Counted from the first letter of the stretch, positions 1 to 14,650 are shown. The stretch is DNA of 64,000 nt from a bacterium (GCA_965213625.1 CBDBZU010000004.1:1600001-1664000), one strand, 5' to 3'. Notes: generated from the letters alone by a model not told the origin. A program made the numbers and translations.

Positions 1-183
1 ATCGCCACCTGTTTGTAACACCTCCCGAAGATATTTTCTCTATATTCCATCCCGTAGCGAGACATGAGAGTCAGTGCAAAATCTGGCATCCGAATGGAAG
101 GTTTGCTCCAGCACTTTGGAAGGCGTCTTCTTGAGCCTTGGGAGATGCTAATCTTTACTTGTAATCCATAGGAGACGGATGGG

Positions 184-1188
184 ATGGGCTCGATGAAAAA
201 TACCGCTTCAATCTTGAAGAGATGCCTTAGCGCGTTACTCGGCGCGACGACGCTGCTCGCGCTGACAGCAGGCGCCGCCTCGGCCGATAAACCCTTCACG
301 TTCGTGGCGCTCGGCGACATGCCATACGGCAAGCCCGCGAAGGTTTATGCACCCTTCAAGACGTTGATCGGTCAGGTGAACACCCTGAAACCCGCATTCA
401 CCATACACATCGGAGACACGAAGTCAGGCTCCACCCCGTGCTCGGACAAGATGCTGCTGGACCAACTCAATTTCATGAACACCTTCGACGCCCCGCTCGT
501 CTATACGCCCGGCGACAACGAATGGACCGACTGTCACCGTAAAAAGGCCGGCCGCTTCGATCCGATTGAAAGGCTCGCCTTCCTGCGCAAGCACTACTTC
601 TCTCACAGCCCGCGCTCGCTCGGTAAGGTTCCCATGAAGATCGAACGCCAGTCGGACCTGATGAAGAAATATGCCGCATATCCCGAGAACGCGCGTTTTG
701 TGAAAGAGGGCGTCCATTTCGTGGCGGCGCACGTCGTGGGTTCAAACAACAACTTCGAGGTGCGCGACAGGCGCGCCATCGCGGAGTTCTTCGCACGTGA
801 TAAGGCGAATGTCGCCTGGCTGAACGCGGGATTCGATAAGGCCGTCGCCGCAAAGGCCAAGGCGCTCGTGCTCGCGATTCACGCCAATATCTTCAAGCCC
901 GGCTTTTTCTCCAAGAAAAAAGAGGCGTTCTCGGGCGCGTCGGGCTTTAAGCGGTTCGGCGATGCGCTGCTCAAAAATGCCGCCGCGTTCAAAAAGCCGG
1001 TTCTGCTGATCTATGGCGACAGCCACAAGTACCAGATTACGCGCCCGCTCTCGAAAAAAGCGCCGAACGTGCTTGCACTTCAGGTCTTCGGCGCCAAGCA
1101 GATGCACGCCGTGAAGGTGATGGTGGATACGAACAAGCCTGCGGTTTTCGCCATCCGGCCCATCAAGATCAAGGCGCTGGCGAATTAG
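184..1188 (+). CDS. Secreted calcineurin-like metallophosphoesterase
   Basis: Signal peptide (..AGAASA); motifs GDMPY, HIGD, PGDNEW, GDSH. Confidence 0.8.
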   Translation: MGSMKNTASILKRCLSALLGATTLLALTAGAASADKPFTFVALGDMPYGKPAKVYAPFKTLIGQVNTLKPAFTIHIGDTKSGSTPCSDKMLLDQLNFMNTFDAPLVYTPGDNEWTDCHRKKAGRFDPIERLAFLRKHYFSHSPRSLGKVPMKIERQSDLMKKYAAYPENARFVKEGVHFVAAHVVGSNNNFEVRDRRAIAEFFARDKANVAWLNAGFDKAVAAKAKALVLAIHANIFKPGFFSKKKEAFSGASGFKRFGDALLKNAAAFKKPVLLIYGDSHKYQITRPLSKKAPNVLALQVFGAKQMHAVKVMVDTNKPAVFAIRPIKIKALAN

Positions 1189-1238
1189 GTAGTTGCCATT
1201 ATTGCAGGCTATGCTCAGCGCGAGAAGCGATAAAAATG

Positions 1239-1280
1239 AACAAACCCGGCAAAGACGCGCTTTGCCGGGTTTGTTGTTTG
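1239..1280 (+). terminator. Intrinsic terminator, probably bidirectional
   Basis: aacaaacccggcaaag / ctttgccgggtttgtt inverted repeat between convergent genes. Confidence 0.75.
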
Positions 1281-1464
1281 ATAACTATCCTGATTGGGTG
1301 GTCGAATTATCGGAAGCAACAACAAAGTCGGGAAGATTTTCGCCTCCCTTGGCGGTTCTCACATAATTTTTAGGTTCAGGCGTTTGCCCTCGATTGGTTA
1401 TGATACGGGTTCAAGGCTACCATTAGACGCGCTGTATTTTGGAGAAGATTTCTTGGTATGTACC

Positions 1465-1728
1465 TTATTCCCATTCCTTGTTTTCTCTCAATGCTTCGAC
1501 TTTCGCCTCCAGGCTCACCATACGCCCATCGAGAAGTTCGAAGCCATCTCTCATCTCCGAATCGAGTTTGTCGAACCGTTGATCCATCCCTTCGAACCGT
1601 TGGTCTATCTCCTCGAACCGCTGGTCTGTTTCTTTCCTGAAGACGGCGAGTTCGTTCCTTACTTCCAAAATGGCTTTGGTTGTCTTTTCGTCTAGATTGG
1701 CGATAGCGGTGAGAATTTCCTGGCTCAT
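1465..1728 (-). CDS. Small coiled-coil protein with DQRFEE-type heptad repeats
   Basis: DQRFEEIDQRFEGMDQRFDKLD repeats; GGAG SD upstream. Confidence 0.65.
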   Translation of the reverse strand: MSQEILTAIANLDEKTTKAILEVRNELAVFRKETDQRFEEIDQRFEGMDQRFDKLDSEMRDGFELLDGRMVSLEAKVEALRENKEWE

Positions 1729-1890
1729 GTTGACACTCCGTTCGTATTACATTCGCTCTCAGCAAACAATATATGGAAATGGCGTCAGTGTCAACTATAT
1801 TATTCGTTCGTTCAAATATAAATGCTTTGCTCGCCTCGGAGGCGCAGTTGTGTGATGGGATTTTGGTGGGGTGGTCAGCTTACGCGCTGC

Positions 1891-3334
1891 CTAATCCAGC
1901 GGGGCGGGGAGGTGGGATTCTCCCATGAGGTATTCATCCACGGCGCGAGCGCAGGAGCGTCCGTCCGCTATTGCCCAGACCACCAGGGACGCGCCGCGCA
2001 TCATGTCACCCGCCACGAAGACGCCGGACGCGCTCGTCATCCATTGCTCATTGCGGCTCACCGCGCCGCGCCCGGTGCGCTCGAGCGCCAGTTCATTGAG
2101 CAGGGGATGGCAGTCGGGACCATGGAAGCCGATTGCCAGGAGAACGAGGTCCGCATCGATTTCCTCTTCCGTGCCTGGAATCTCGGTGAAGACGACTCTT
2201 CCATTCTCGCCATGGGATTCGTTCACCTTTACAGTATCGATTTTCTTGACGCGGCCGTTTTCGCCCAGGAACTGGCGGGTTTGAATCTGGAAGATGCGCT
2301 CCCCGCCCTCTTCATATATGGGCGCGGTGCGGAAAATGTTGGCGTAGTTCGGCCAGGGGTCGCTCAGCGGGTCCCGCTTGTCCGGCGGCCGCGGGTGGTA
2401 CTGGAACTGACGGACGGATTTGGCCCCCTGCCTGTGCGCGGTGCCCACGCAGTCCGCACCCGTATCGCCGCCTCCGATGACGACCACATGCTTGTCCTTC
2501 GCGGTAATGAACTCCTCATCCGGTATATCCTCGCCCGCGAGCCTTCGGTTCTGCATGGTGAGGTAGCGCATGCCGAAATAGATGCCTTCCATCTCACGGC
2601 CCGGAATCTGCAAATCCCTGTGCTGCAGTGCGCCTGCGGCGAGCACGATGGCGTCGAATTCTTCCTGTAACTCGGAGACCTTGGGGTCGACGCCCACGTT
2701 GGCATTCACGCGGAACGTTACGCCCTCCTCTTCCATCTGCTGCGTGCGGCGGTCGATGTAGGTCTTGTCCATCTTGAAATCCGGTATGCCGTAGCGCATG
2801 AGTCCGCCGAGCTTATCGTCGCGTTCCAACACGGTCACGAAGTGCCCCGCCCAGTTAAGTTGCTGGGCGGCGGCCAGACCCGCAGGCCCCGAACCCACGA
2901 CGGCGACTTTCTTGCCGGTCCGAACCGCAGGGGGAGTCGCCTGCACCCAGCCCTGCTCGAAGGCATGTTCGATGACGGATTTTTCGATCTCCTTGATCGT
3001 TACCGGAGAATCGTTGATCGTGAGGACGCAGGAATCCTCGCACGGCGCCGGGCAGAGCCAGCCTGTGAACTCGGGGAAATTGTTCGTCGCATGGAGCCTG
3101 TCGATGGCGTCTTTCCACAAATCCTTATAGACCAGATCGTTCCAGTCGGGTATCAGGTTTCCCAGCGGGCATCCCTCATGGCAGAAGGGAATGCCGCAAT
3201 CCATGCACCGCGCGCCCTGGCGCTGGAGCGTCTCGTGCGGCGTTGGGAGATAGACGACGTCCCAGTCGTTGACGCGCTCTTCCACGGGCCTCGTTTTGGG
3301 TCCTTCCCTGCCGAATTCCACAAATCCTGTCGGC

Positions 3335-3342
<8 letters not shown>
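1891..3342 (-). CDS. gltD: Glutamate synthase small subunit
   Basis: MGKPTGF start, [10 protein letters not shown] Fe-S motif, GSGPAG and GGGDTG dinucleotide motifs; overlaps the end of gltB. Confidence 0.97.
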
Positions 3343-7891
<4,549 letters not shown>

Positions 7892-8094
7892 TGTTTCACC
7901 AACTTTCTATCCGAGAGAAGTTCCAGGAGAATTTCCCGCTTGCCCATTCCACGGGGAACTCCTGAGTGCGTCTTTTGGACATCGCAAGATGATTTCCATG
8001 AGACGAAATCAGACTATAACATGCCCTGGATAATAAGGCAAACTAAAATATTTAATATATTGCATTAGATATATTTATATTGTAACCTTCGTTT

Positions 8095-8979
8095 ATGAAC
8101 ATCGAAACCTTGCGGCTTTATTGCCGCATCATCCAGGAGAGAAGTTTTTCCAAAGGAGCCGCTCAAAGCGGCGTCACCCAGTCCGCGGCGAGTCAGGCGC
8201 TTCGCCAGCTCGAGGGGGAATTGAGCGTCGATTTGCTCGACAGGAGCAAGCGGCCCTTCGGCATCACGGAAGAAGGGGCCCGGTTCTATGAGGCTTGCCG
8301 CAAGATGCTGGGGGAATTCGACCAGGTCTGCACGGAGATATCACACGGCATCGGCGAGGTGCACGGCCAAGTACGCGTCGCGGCCATCTACTCTGTGGGG
8401 CTTCATCAACTGGGCGCCTATATGCAGCGGTTCCGCTCCCTGTATCCCCAGGCGCGGGTTCGCCTCGAATGCCTCCATCCCGAGAAGGTCGTGCAATCCG
8501 TTCTGGACGATACGGCGGACGTAGGGGTTCTCTCCTATCCACCGCGGGACAAGGCGCTCCGGGTCGTGCCCTTCAAGGAAGAACCCATGTTCTTCGTCTC
8601 GCATCCGGGGCATCAACTGGCCTTTCGTCACGCGGTAAGGGTTTCCGACCTTGCGGGTGAGCCGTTCGTTGCCTTCGACGGCGATCTCGCCATCCGCAAC
8701 GCGATAGACAGAGTCTTGCGCAAGGCGGGCGTGAGCGTGGATGTCGTCATGGAGTTCGACAACGTGGAGAGCATCAAGGAAGCGCTATTCATCGACACCT
8801 GGGTGAGCATCCTGCCCGGCTCGGCGGTTCATAACGAGCGGGCCATGAACACGCTGGCGGTGCTGCCCTTCGAGGGGGCGCGTATCATCCGGCCGCTGGG
8901 CCTCATCCACAGGCGCGACAAGCCGCTCCACGGCGGTGTTAGGCGCTTCATCGAGCTTCTGGGCAGAGATCTCGACTAA
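8095..8979 (+). CDS. LysR-family regulator divergent from gltB (GltC-like arrangement)
   Basis: SFSKGA..TQSAASQALRQLE HTH plus substrate-binding domain; AT-rich intergenic region upstream. Confidence 0.93.
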   Translation: MNIETLRLYCRIIQERSFSKGAAQSGVTQSAASQALRQLEGELSVDLLDRSKRPFGITEEGARFYEACRKMLGEFDQVCTEISHGIGEVHGQVRVAAIYSVGLHQLGAYMQRFRSLYPQARVRLECLHPEKVVQSVLDDTADVGVLSYPPRDKALRVVPFKEEPMFFVSHPGHQLAFRHAVRVSDLAGEPFVAFDGDLAIRNAIDRVLRKAGVSVDVVMEFDNVESIKEALFIDTWVSILPGSAVHNERAMNTLAVLPFEGARIIRPLGLIHRRDKPLHGGVRRFIELLGRDLD

Positions 8980-9058
8980 ACAACCCCTCCGGTAACTCCT
9001 ATCTTATCAACAGCTTGTCCGAGTATATCCGATAAATAATTATTTATGAATATAAATA

Positions 9059-9087
9059 TTGACATAATAGTTATATATAGATATATT
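9059..9087 (+). promoter_or_regulatory. Consensus sigma70 promoter upstream of the 9425-10059 genes
   Basis: TTGACA (9059-9064), 17-nt spacer, TATATT (9082-9087) in a very AT-rich segment. Confidence 0.75.
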
Positions 9088-9424
9088 GCCTTTGCCTGAT
9101 GTGTGAATAAGAACATCACGCACAGGGGGATGAACAAGTTATCTATTTGATACTTATCGACTTATAAAGAATAATAGGAAATTCCATGAATTTATCGAAT
9201 AACCCCGTGTATTTATCTAAATTTATCGATATTTTCAGAAATTCGCCTTGCCCGGATGATCCGTCCCGCGAAATCCCACCTTCTTCCCCACCGAACACGG
9301 CGTCTCGTACCGCCCGCGAGACGCCCCCCTCCAATAGCAACGAACCTTCAAAACAGCGCGGGTCATCCGGGCATTTCATACTTTCCGGCGCAGGGGCCGC
9401 ATACGCCGGTGGGAGGAATACGTC

Positions 9425-9670
9425 ATGAACGAGGCCGTCTCCTTCATCGGAACTCACGAGCGCACGCTCTCAGACCTTGTGGACGATGGGCTGGACGTCC
9501 CCGAAGAGGCCGCGCTGCTCGTCTACCGCGATCTTTCGCGCGAAATAAGCGTGAAACTCATCTTCCCGAATATCGAATCCGCCCGCGCCCGCGCCGACGC
9601 CCTCATCAGGTTGAAGAGAGCCCGCCGCTGCGACTTGTCCGTCACCCCGCTCAGAGAGGCGCTTTGCTGA
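9425..9670 (+). CDS. Hypothetical protein (81 aa)
   Basis: GGAGG SD; stop overlaps the next start (TGATG). Confidence 0.6.
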   Translation: MNEAVSFIGTHERTLSDLVDDGLDVPEEAALLVYRDLSREISVKLIFPNIESARARADALIRLKRARRCDLSVTPLREALC

Positions 9671-10059
9671 TGCCGTCCGAAAAGACCTGCCGAAAGACGA
9701 CTACGAGCAAGCGGCGTAAGAGAAGCACCAAGCAGGCCGCGCCGGACCCCAGAACCCCGCGCCGCATCCTCGAGGAAGAGGCCTTTCTCACCAAACCCAT
9801 GCTTGCCAAGGTGCTCGGCTACAAGAGCTACCGCACGCTCGACGCCATCATCGCCGAAGACTGCGCGAGCGACACGCCCTGCCTCCGGCCCGTCTACCTG
9901 CGCCGCCCGCCACCGCGCGCGGGCGCCAGGCAGCCCGAGAACCACCCCTCCTTCAAGAGCGCGCGCTTCCGCCGCGAGGACGTACTTGCCTACGTCGAGA
10001 AGATGACGGAAGATTTCCCGCTCGATCTGGAATGGAAATTCGGCGGCATGCGGGAGTAG
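9670..10059 (+). CDS. Excisionase/AlpA-like winged-helix DNA-binding protein (129 aa)
   Basis: FLTKPMLAKVLGYKSYRTL...RFRREDVLAYVE resembles the HTH_17/AlpA/Xis pattern; coupled ATG at 9670. Confidence 0.65.
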   Translation: MPSEKTCRKTTTSKRRKRSTKQAAPDPRTPRRILEEEAFLTKPMLAKVLGYKSYRTLDAIIAEDCASDTPCLRPVYLRRPPPRAGARQPENHPSFKSARFRREDVLAYVEKMTEDFPLDLEWKFGGMRE

Positions 10060-10266
10060 TCAATCCCGACTGATCAAGGAGGGATTGCGACCGTGCTGGA
10101 GGAGGTTGGTTTAACAATCCTTTACATCTCATATTCGGATTGTATGAGGATGAGGTTGAGATTTGTTCGGAAATAGGTATATTTGGCGAACGTTTAACCA
10201 CTCAAACGAGTTGCCAGGGGACCCGAATTAGTTGGCGGATGGTTGAGTCCGTAAGAGGGTTCTTAA

Positions 10267-10875
10267 TTGGCGAGAGAATTTTCCAAGGCATTCGATTTCA
10301 ATCTTAAATTCGAGCGCAGGTTCACGGTTCATATTGGCGTGGTTGCCTTTATCTTCGTCGGTGTGATCGTAGGTGTCTATTTCTTCTTGCCTGCTCATAA
10401 GGAGTTGGCGACGTTTATCGCTATTGCCGTTGGCGCCGCAGCTGCGATCGTCAGCGCTTTTTATATTGCTCAAAGCGTTTATGCGAATGTGGAATCCGAG
10501 CAAATGACCCGCACGATGTCCCTTACCTCTGAGTGGAACACCGCAAGTTTTTTCGACTCGAAAAAAGCCGTCATCGGGCTAATCAAACCCATAGCCGCCA
10601 AACCGAGAGAGGAGAGGCTGAGAATTATACAAGAGAAAATCAGAGGTGATGAAATTCTCGAATTGAACATAACGAATGTTTTGAATTATCTCGAAGACTT
10701 GGCGGTGTTGGTAGATAAAGGCTTTGTCAATGAGGACATCATCCGCGAACTGTTCCAGACAAATGTTTTACGCTATTTTGACGTATTCGAGCCGTGGATT
10801 GCAGACCTGAGAAACCGCAGGGGCAACCGTCTTTACAGAGGTCTTGAATATCTATGCCGGAAATGGGATACTTGA
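10267..10875 (+). CDS. Membrane protein, DUF4760-like
   Basis: Two N-terminal TM helices; LNYLEDLAVLVDKGFVNEDII pattern; lower GC. Confidence 0.6.
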   Translation: MAREFSKAFDFNLKFERRFTVHIGVVAFIFVGVIVGVYFFLPAHKELATFIAIAVGAAAAIVSAFYIAQSVYANVESEQMTRTMSLTSEWNTASFFDSKKAVIGLIKPIAAKPREERLRIIQEKIRGDEILELNITNVLNYLEDLAVLVDKGFVNEDIIRELFQTNVLRYFDVFEPWIADLRNRRGNRLYRGLEYLCRKWDT

Positions 10876-10982
10876 AACACTTAGGTGATTTTGTAATTAC
10901 CTGGCCGCTGAAAGGAGACCAAACGATGCTCCACACACACGACGAGGACCCCGGCTTCTAGCAAAGAAGACCGATATGAATT

Positions 10983-11017
10983 AAAGCCCCTCGGTAAACC
11001 CGGGGGGCTTTTCTTTT
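10983..11017 (+). terminator. Intrinsic terminator
   Basis: aaagcccctcgg / ccggggggcttt hairpin followed by a T-run. Confidence 0.7.
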
Positions 11018-11098
11018 GGCGAATCCGCAATCTCTTCTTTCTTGGCCGCAATCCCTCCCTCGTCACTCACAATCCCTCCCTCCCTGGTCGGGATTGAC

Positions 11099-11950
11099 CT
11101 ACCGCACCCCGCCCAGCCACGCTTCCTTCCATTGCCAGGCGGGTTTTCCCGTTTCTTTTTGTATCGCGGCCGCCGCGTCCTTGGCGGCGTAGACGCGCAT
11201 GAACTTCTTCACCCCCCACTCGCGCAGGAGATAGGCCACATAAGACCCCGCGAGAATGTAGAACATGCGCCGCACGGCCCTGTTCTCGAATCTGGGGATT
11301 CCGTTCTCGCCAACGAGGTCGAGCGCTTTCGTCGCGGGCGGGAACTCGCGCCTCAGAACCCGGCCCGCGAACTCATCCACCGATTCCCCGAAATTGGGAA
11401 AGGCGGCGTAGCCGCCCAGGCGGTCGTTCAGGTGAACGGCCAGGCCTTCCTTGAGCCAGAGCGTGTTCCAGTCCCACGCGATGATGTGAACCGTCTCGTG
11501 CAGATAGGGCGTTCTCCTCCCTTTTGCGAAAGAGAGGAACACCACCGGGTGCATGTATTTTCGCGGGCTGTAGGCCGTGATGGTGTGTGAGGGCGCGCGC
11601 CGGCTGTGGACGAAGAACTCGATTTTCTCCTGTCCGTAGGCCTCGCTTGAGAACGGAAGCCCAAGAAACTTCTCGGCGGCCTCGACCCCGGCGTCAATCT
11701 TTTGGTGCAGATCGCTCGCCTCATCAGCCGAGAGATAACCCGCCTCCACCCAGAGAATGGAGCGCGCGGAGACGCGTGTTTCTGCATTTTCCTTGATCGA
11801 GCGCATGAGACCGATGTCGCGGCAGCGCCCCGTGTAGGGGCCATAGGTGCATTCTCTGGCGTCCGCGCGAGGGATACTTACTGAACTGAGTAACAAAGCG
11901 GCGATGAAGAACAATTGGATGGGAAGATTTCTTGTGCGTCTTTTCGGCAT
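11099..11950 (-). CDS. Secreted zincin (gluzincin/peptidase MA-like) protein
   Basis: Signal peptide; HETVH followed by WLKEGLA. Confidence 0.7.
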   Translation of the reverse strand: MPKRRTRNLPIQLFFIAALLLSSVSIPRADARECTYGPYTGRCRDIGLMRSIKENAETRVSARSILWVEAGYLSADEASDLHQKIDAGVEAAEKFLGLPFSSEAYGQEKIEFFVHSRRAPSHTITAYSPRKYMHPVVFLSFAKGRRTPYLHETVHIIAWDWNTLWLKEGLAVHLNDRLGGYAAFPNFGESVDEFAGRVLRREFPPATKALDLVGENGIPRFENRAVRRMFYILAGSYVAYLLREWGVKKFMRVYAAKDAAAAIQKETGKPAWQWKEAWLGGVR

Positions 11951-12037
11951 GGCGCGACCCCCTGTGTTGTACGGCGGCGATGATGTTGCAAAGACGCAAG
12001 GAAAAAGCGGTAAGGGGGGTGCGAACCGCGCTTGCGT

Positions 12038-12445
12038 CTATTTCGCTTTCTCTCCCGTTTTGGTTTTCCGCTGATGCGTGACGATGGGAAGCGGCTCGTT
12101 GCAGCCCTTGTCGAAGGCGATGCGGCGAAGTGCAGCGTTTCGCCGCTCGAGCGCTTCGGTTTCGGCCGCCTCTTTGCCCTTCAGGTCCATGAAGAACCAC
12201 GGCGCGACCAGGAATACGCCCGAAGCGCCGAGGATGAGGTTCTTGTTCGTCTTGTTCGTTCGCTCGGTCGTCTTTTTGGCGATTTCCTTCTTGTTGGCCT
12301 TGAGTTCCGCCTTGAGCGAGGCGCAGTCGCGCTTCTCATCGGCAGGCGTGTAGCGCGCCACCGGATTCGGTCCCGAACCAGCGCACCCGGATAAGAAAAA
12401 CATGAACGCCGTTGCCGCGCAGATCCGCTTCTTCATGAGACGCAC
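12038..12445 (-). CDS. Lipoprotein
   Basis: Lipobox LSGC; start may be the ATG at 12436. Confidence 0.7.
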   Translation of the reverse strand: MRLMKKRICAATAFMFFLSGCAGSGPNPVARYTPADEKRDCASLKAELKANKKEIAKKTTERTNKTNKNLILGASGVFLVAPWFFMDLKGKEAAETEALERRNAALRRIAFDKGCNEPLPIVTHQRKTKTGEKAK

Positions 12446-12487
12446 CTCGTGGATGAACCCGAATGATTTTCCGTGAACGGCGCGGAC

Positions 12488-12976
12488 CTAGTTGACGATT
12501 TTCCAGCTACCGTCGGGTTGTCGGCAGGCGCGGCCATAGGCGCGTTCGGTCTTGCCGCCCACCGTGATGGTCTGCTGGAACTCGCGGCAATAACGGGAGG
12601 TCGAGCCTCTCTGTACCCGGTAGGTGCGCCTGGGCGTAATGGTGCCCCGGTTGCCCGTGTCGGGGTTTACCCACGTGCTGGCCACGTTCGTCTTGCCGCG
12701 CTCGAGCGATTTTTGCGTGCTTCGCGACATCAGCAGGCGGTCGCGCTCGTCGAGCTGCCGTCCGATGGAGCTGCCTACGAGGGTGCCGAGAACAGCGCCC
12801 GTGAAGGTTGCTACACTGCGGCCCCGGCCCTTGCCGAGCTTCGACCCGATGAGACCGCCCGCGATTCCGCCGATGATCGCTCCGCCGGTCTGCTTGTCCA
12901 TGGTTCCATCGGCGCGGCATCCGGCGAGCCCCAGGCTGAAAATGGCTACGAGGACGGTGGCGGTCAGTTTTTTCAT
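12488..12976 (-). CDS. 17-kDa surface antigen-type glycine-zipper lipoprotein (RT0821/Lpp0805-like)
   Basis: LAGC lipobox, glycine zipper, WVNPDTG, YCREFQQ, ACRQPDGSW. Confidence 0.9.
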   Translation of the reverse strand: MKKLTATVLVAIFSLGLAGCRADGTMDKQTGGAIIGGIAGGLIGSKLGKGRGRSVATFTGAVLGTLVGSSIGRQLDERDRLLMSRSTQKSLERGKTNVASTWVNPDTGNRGTITPRRTYRVQRGSTSRYCREFQQTITVGGKTERAYGRACRQPDGSWKIVN

Positions 12977-13127
12977 GATTCATCTCCTGTGTATGGCGGC
13001 ATGCGCAGCGTCGCGCATTATACCAAAACGACCTTGGGCGACACGCATTTTATCATCCCTTACCCGCCGCTTGAAGGGCCGTTTTCCAGGTTTCCGCTCG
13101 AATCGAGCGTAATGAGCACATCTCCGC

Positions 13128-13178
13128 GCAGTTGCCCGCATTTTCCGTCATCGTTCTCACGCTAGCAAGACATAAACT
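13128..13178 (+). promoter_or_regulatory. Shared late-type promoter, copy 1 (lysis module)
   Basis: GCAGTTGCCC GCATTTTCCG (13128-13147); TAAACT at 13173, 35 nt after the second repeat starts. Confidence 0.65.
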
Positions 13179-13246
13179 CTCCCGGTTTGAGGCGCGCAGC
13201 CTGCGAGCGGCGCGCGGGATTTCATTTATAGATGGAGAGGAGAGTC

Positions 13247-13396
13247 ATGTCTGAGAAAAATGATTTTGAAAAAAGAACGGACGCCGTGCTGTCGCGCTGG
13301 GCGAAGGGAAAACACACCCTCTTGCGCCTGGTCGCCGTGGGCGCATTTCTCGTGAGTCTGGGTTTTTTCGTGGGGGGTTATGTATGGCGGCCGTAA
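13247..13396 (+). CDS. Small single-TM protein (49 aa), first gene of the lysis module
   Basis: Not in the ORF track; translated by hand as MSEKNDFEKRTDAVLSRWAKGKHTLLRLVAVGAFLVSLGFFVGGYVWRP; SD GAGGAG; overlaps the next gene. Confidence 0.65.
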   Translation: MSEKNDFEKRTDAVLSRWAKGKHTLLRLVAVGAFLVSLGFFVGGYVWRP

Positions 13397-13620
13397 AGAA
13401 CGCGAAGTATCGCCCCGTCGAGATTTTCCGGGATAAATCCGGGCGGCATCGCTTCCGCGTGCGGGCGAGGAACGGAAGAATTCTGGCGTCGAGCCAGGCC
13501 TACGCGCGCCGCTCGGGTGCGCGCAAGGGCGCTGCGGCGCTCCTGCGTCTGCTTAAAGAAGCGGGCGGGATAGGGAACCTGTTTGAAGGGGAGGGCAGGG
13601 GATGCTCGCTGACGAGTTAA
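13384..13620 (+). CDS. YegP/DUF1508-family protein
   Basis: EIFRDKSGRHRFRVRARNGRILASSQAY pattern. Confidence 0.8.
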   Translation: MAAVKNAKYRPVEIFRDKSGRHRFRVRARNGRILASSQAYARRSGARKGAAALLRLLKEAGGIGNLFEGEGRGCSLTS

Positions 13621-14015
13621 TAGAGGAAATCAAGCGCGAGGAGGGTTTCATGCCGGTAGTGTATATGGATAGCAAGGGAAAGAAGACCATCGGCTACGGT
13701 ACGCTGCTCGAAGACGGGATATCGCAAGCCGAAGCAGAGATGCTTCTTCGCCATCGCCTGGGCCTGATGGCCGGTGAACTCGAGCGCTCCTCTGTCGGCG
13801 TGGTCTTCGCGGGTCTCAAGCCAGGCGCCAAGCGCGCGGTTCTGAACATGGCCTACAACATGGGCGTGCCGAGTCTTCTGGGCTTCAGGAAAATGTGGGC
13901 CGCGCTCGCGAATGGCGATTATGCGCGCGCGGCTGAGGAGGCGCTCGATTCCGATTACGCGAGGGAACTCCCCGCGCGAGCGGGCCGGGTGGCCGAGAGC
14001 ATGAGGAGCGCGTGA
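13602..14015 (+). CDS. Phage-type lysozyme/endolysin (T4L/GH24-like)
   Basis: E-x8-D-x5-T triad in EEGFMPVVYMDSKGKKTIGYG; NMAYNMG. Confidence 0.9.
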   Translation: MLADELIEEIKREEGFMPVVYMDSKGKKTIGYGTLLEDGISQAEAEMLLRHRLGLMAGELERSSVGVVFAGLKPGAKRAVLNMAYNMGVPSLLGFRKMWAALANGDYARAAEEALDSDYARELPARAGRVAESMRSA

Positions 14016-14437
14016 TGGCCTTTTTGGAAAAACTCATCGGCGGCGGCGTCATCACGGCGGCGGAGGGCGTCGCCAACGTCATCGACAAATTCGTCGAAAC
14101 GCCGGATGAGCGGCGCGCGGCCGAGGCGATAAAGCAGAAGCTGATGATGCGGCCCTTTGAGGCCCAGAACGAGATCAACAAGATAGAGGCCGCCCACCGC
14201 AGCGCCTTCGTCGCGGGCGGCAGGCCGTTCATCCTGTGGACCTGCGGCGTCTCGCTCGCCTTTTATTTCATCCCCCAGTATGCGCTCGGCGCATGGCTCT
14301 GGACGCGGCAGGTGCTGATGAGCGGCGATCTCGTGCCCTATCCCGTCTCGGCGGATGGGCTTCTCGAACTCACGCTCGGGATGCTGGGTCTGGGCGCGCT
14401 TCGCACCGTCGAGAAGCTCACGGGCAAGGCGCGGTGA
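14012..14437 (+). CDS. Holin, GTA_holin_3TM-like
   Basis: AQNEINKIEAAHRSAFVAGGRPFILW...GMLGLGALRTVEK; directly follows the endolysin. Confidence 0.85.
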   Translation: MMAFLEKLIGGGVITAAEGVANVIDKFVETPDERRAAEAIKQKLMMRPFEAQNEINKIEAAHRSAFVAGGRPFILWTCGVSLAFYFIPQYALGAWLWTRQVLMSGDLVPYPVSADGLLELTLGMLGLGALRTVEKLTGKAR

Positions 14438-14462
14438 GGAACTCCTGCGCAGGGAGGGGGGG

Positions 14463-14650
14463 GCTGAAAAAGCCCCGCGGGTCGGGCCGAACCACTCCCC
14501 CTTGAGGGGGTTGTTGAAAAACCTCACAAAAGGAGCGCGGTGGATTTCACTCCCCCTCAAGGGGGGAGTGGTTATTGAGCGCTCTACAAGAGAAGAACGG
14601 TTTGGCCCGACCCGTAAGGATTTTTTCAACAATCCCTTGTCAGGGGGGTA
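14463..14650. repeat. MITE/REP-like composite element
   Basis: Terminal IR GGGGTTGTTGAAAAA / TTTTTCAACAATCCC (14507-14636); CTCCCCCTCAAGGGGG palindrome also near 20975; CCTTGTCAGGGGG also near 26.3-26.5 kb. Confidence 0.7.

Noticed and set aside
1560-1630. 21-bp periodic repeats as a CRISPR or VNTR
   Set aside because: They encode the DQRFEE heptads of the 1465-1728 protein; no spacers or cas genes, and no CRISPR array was seen in the window.
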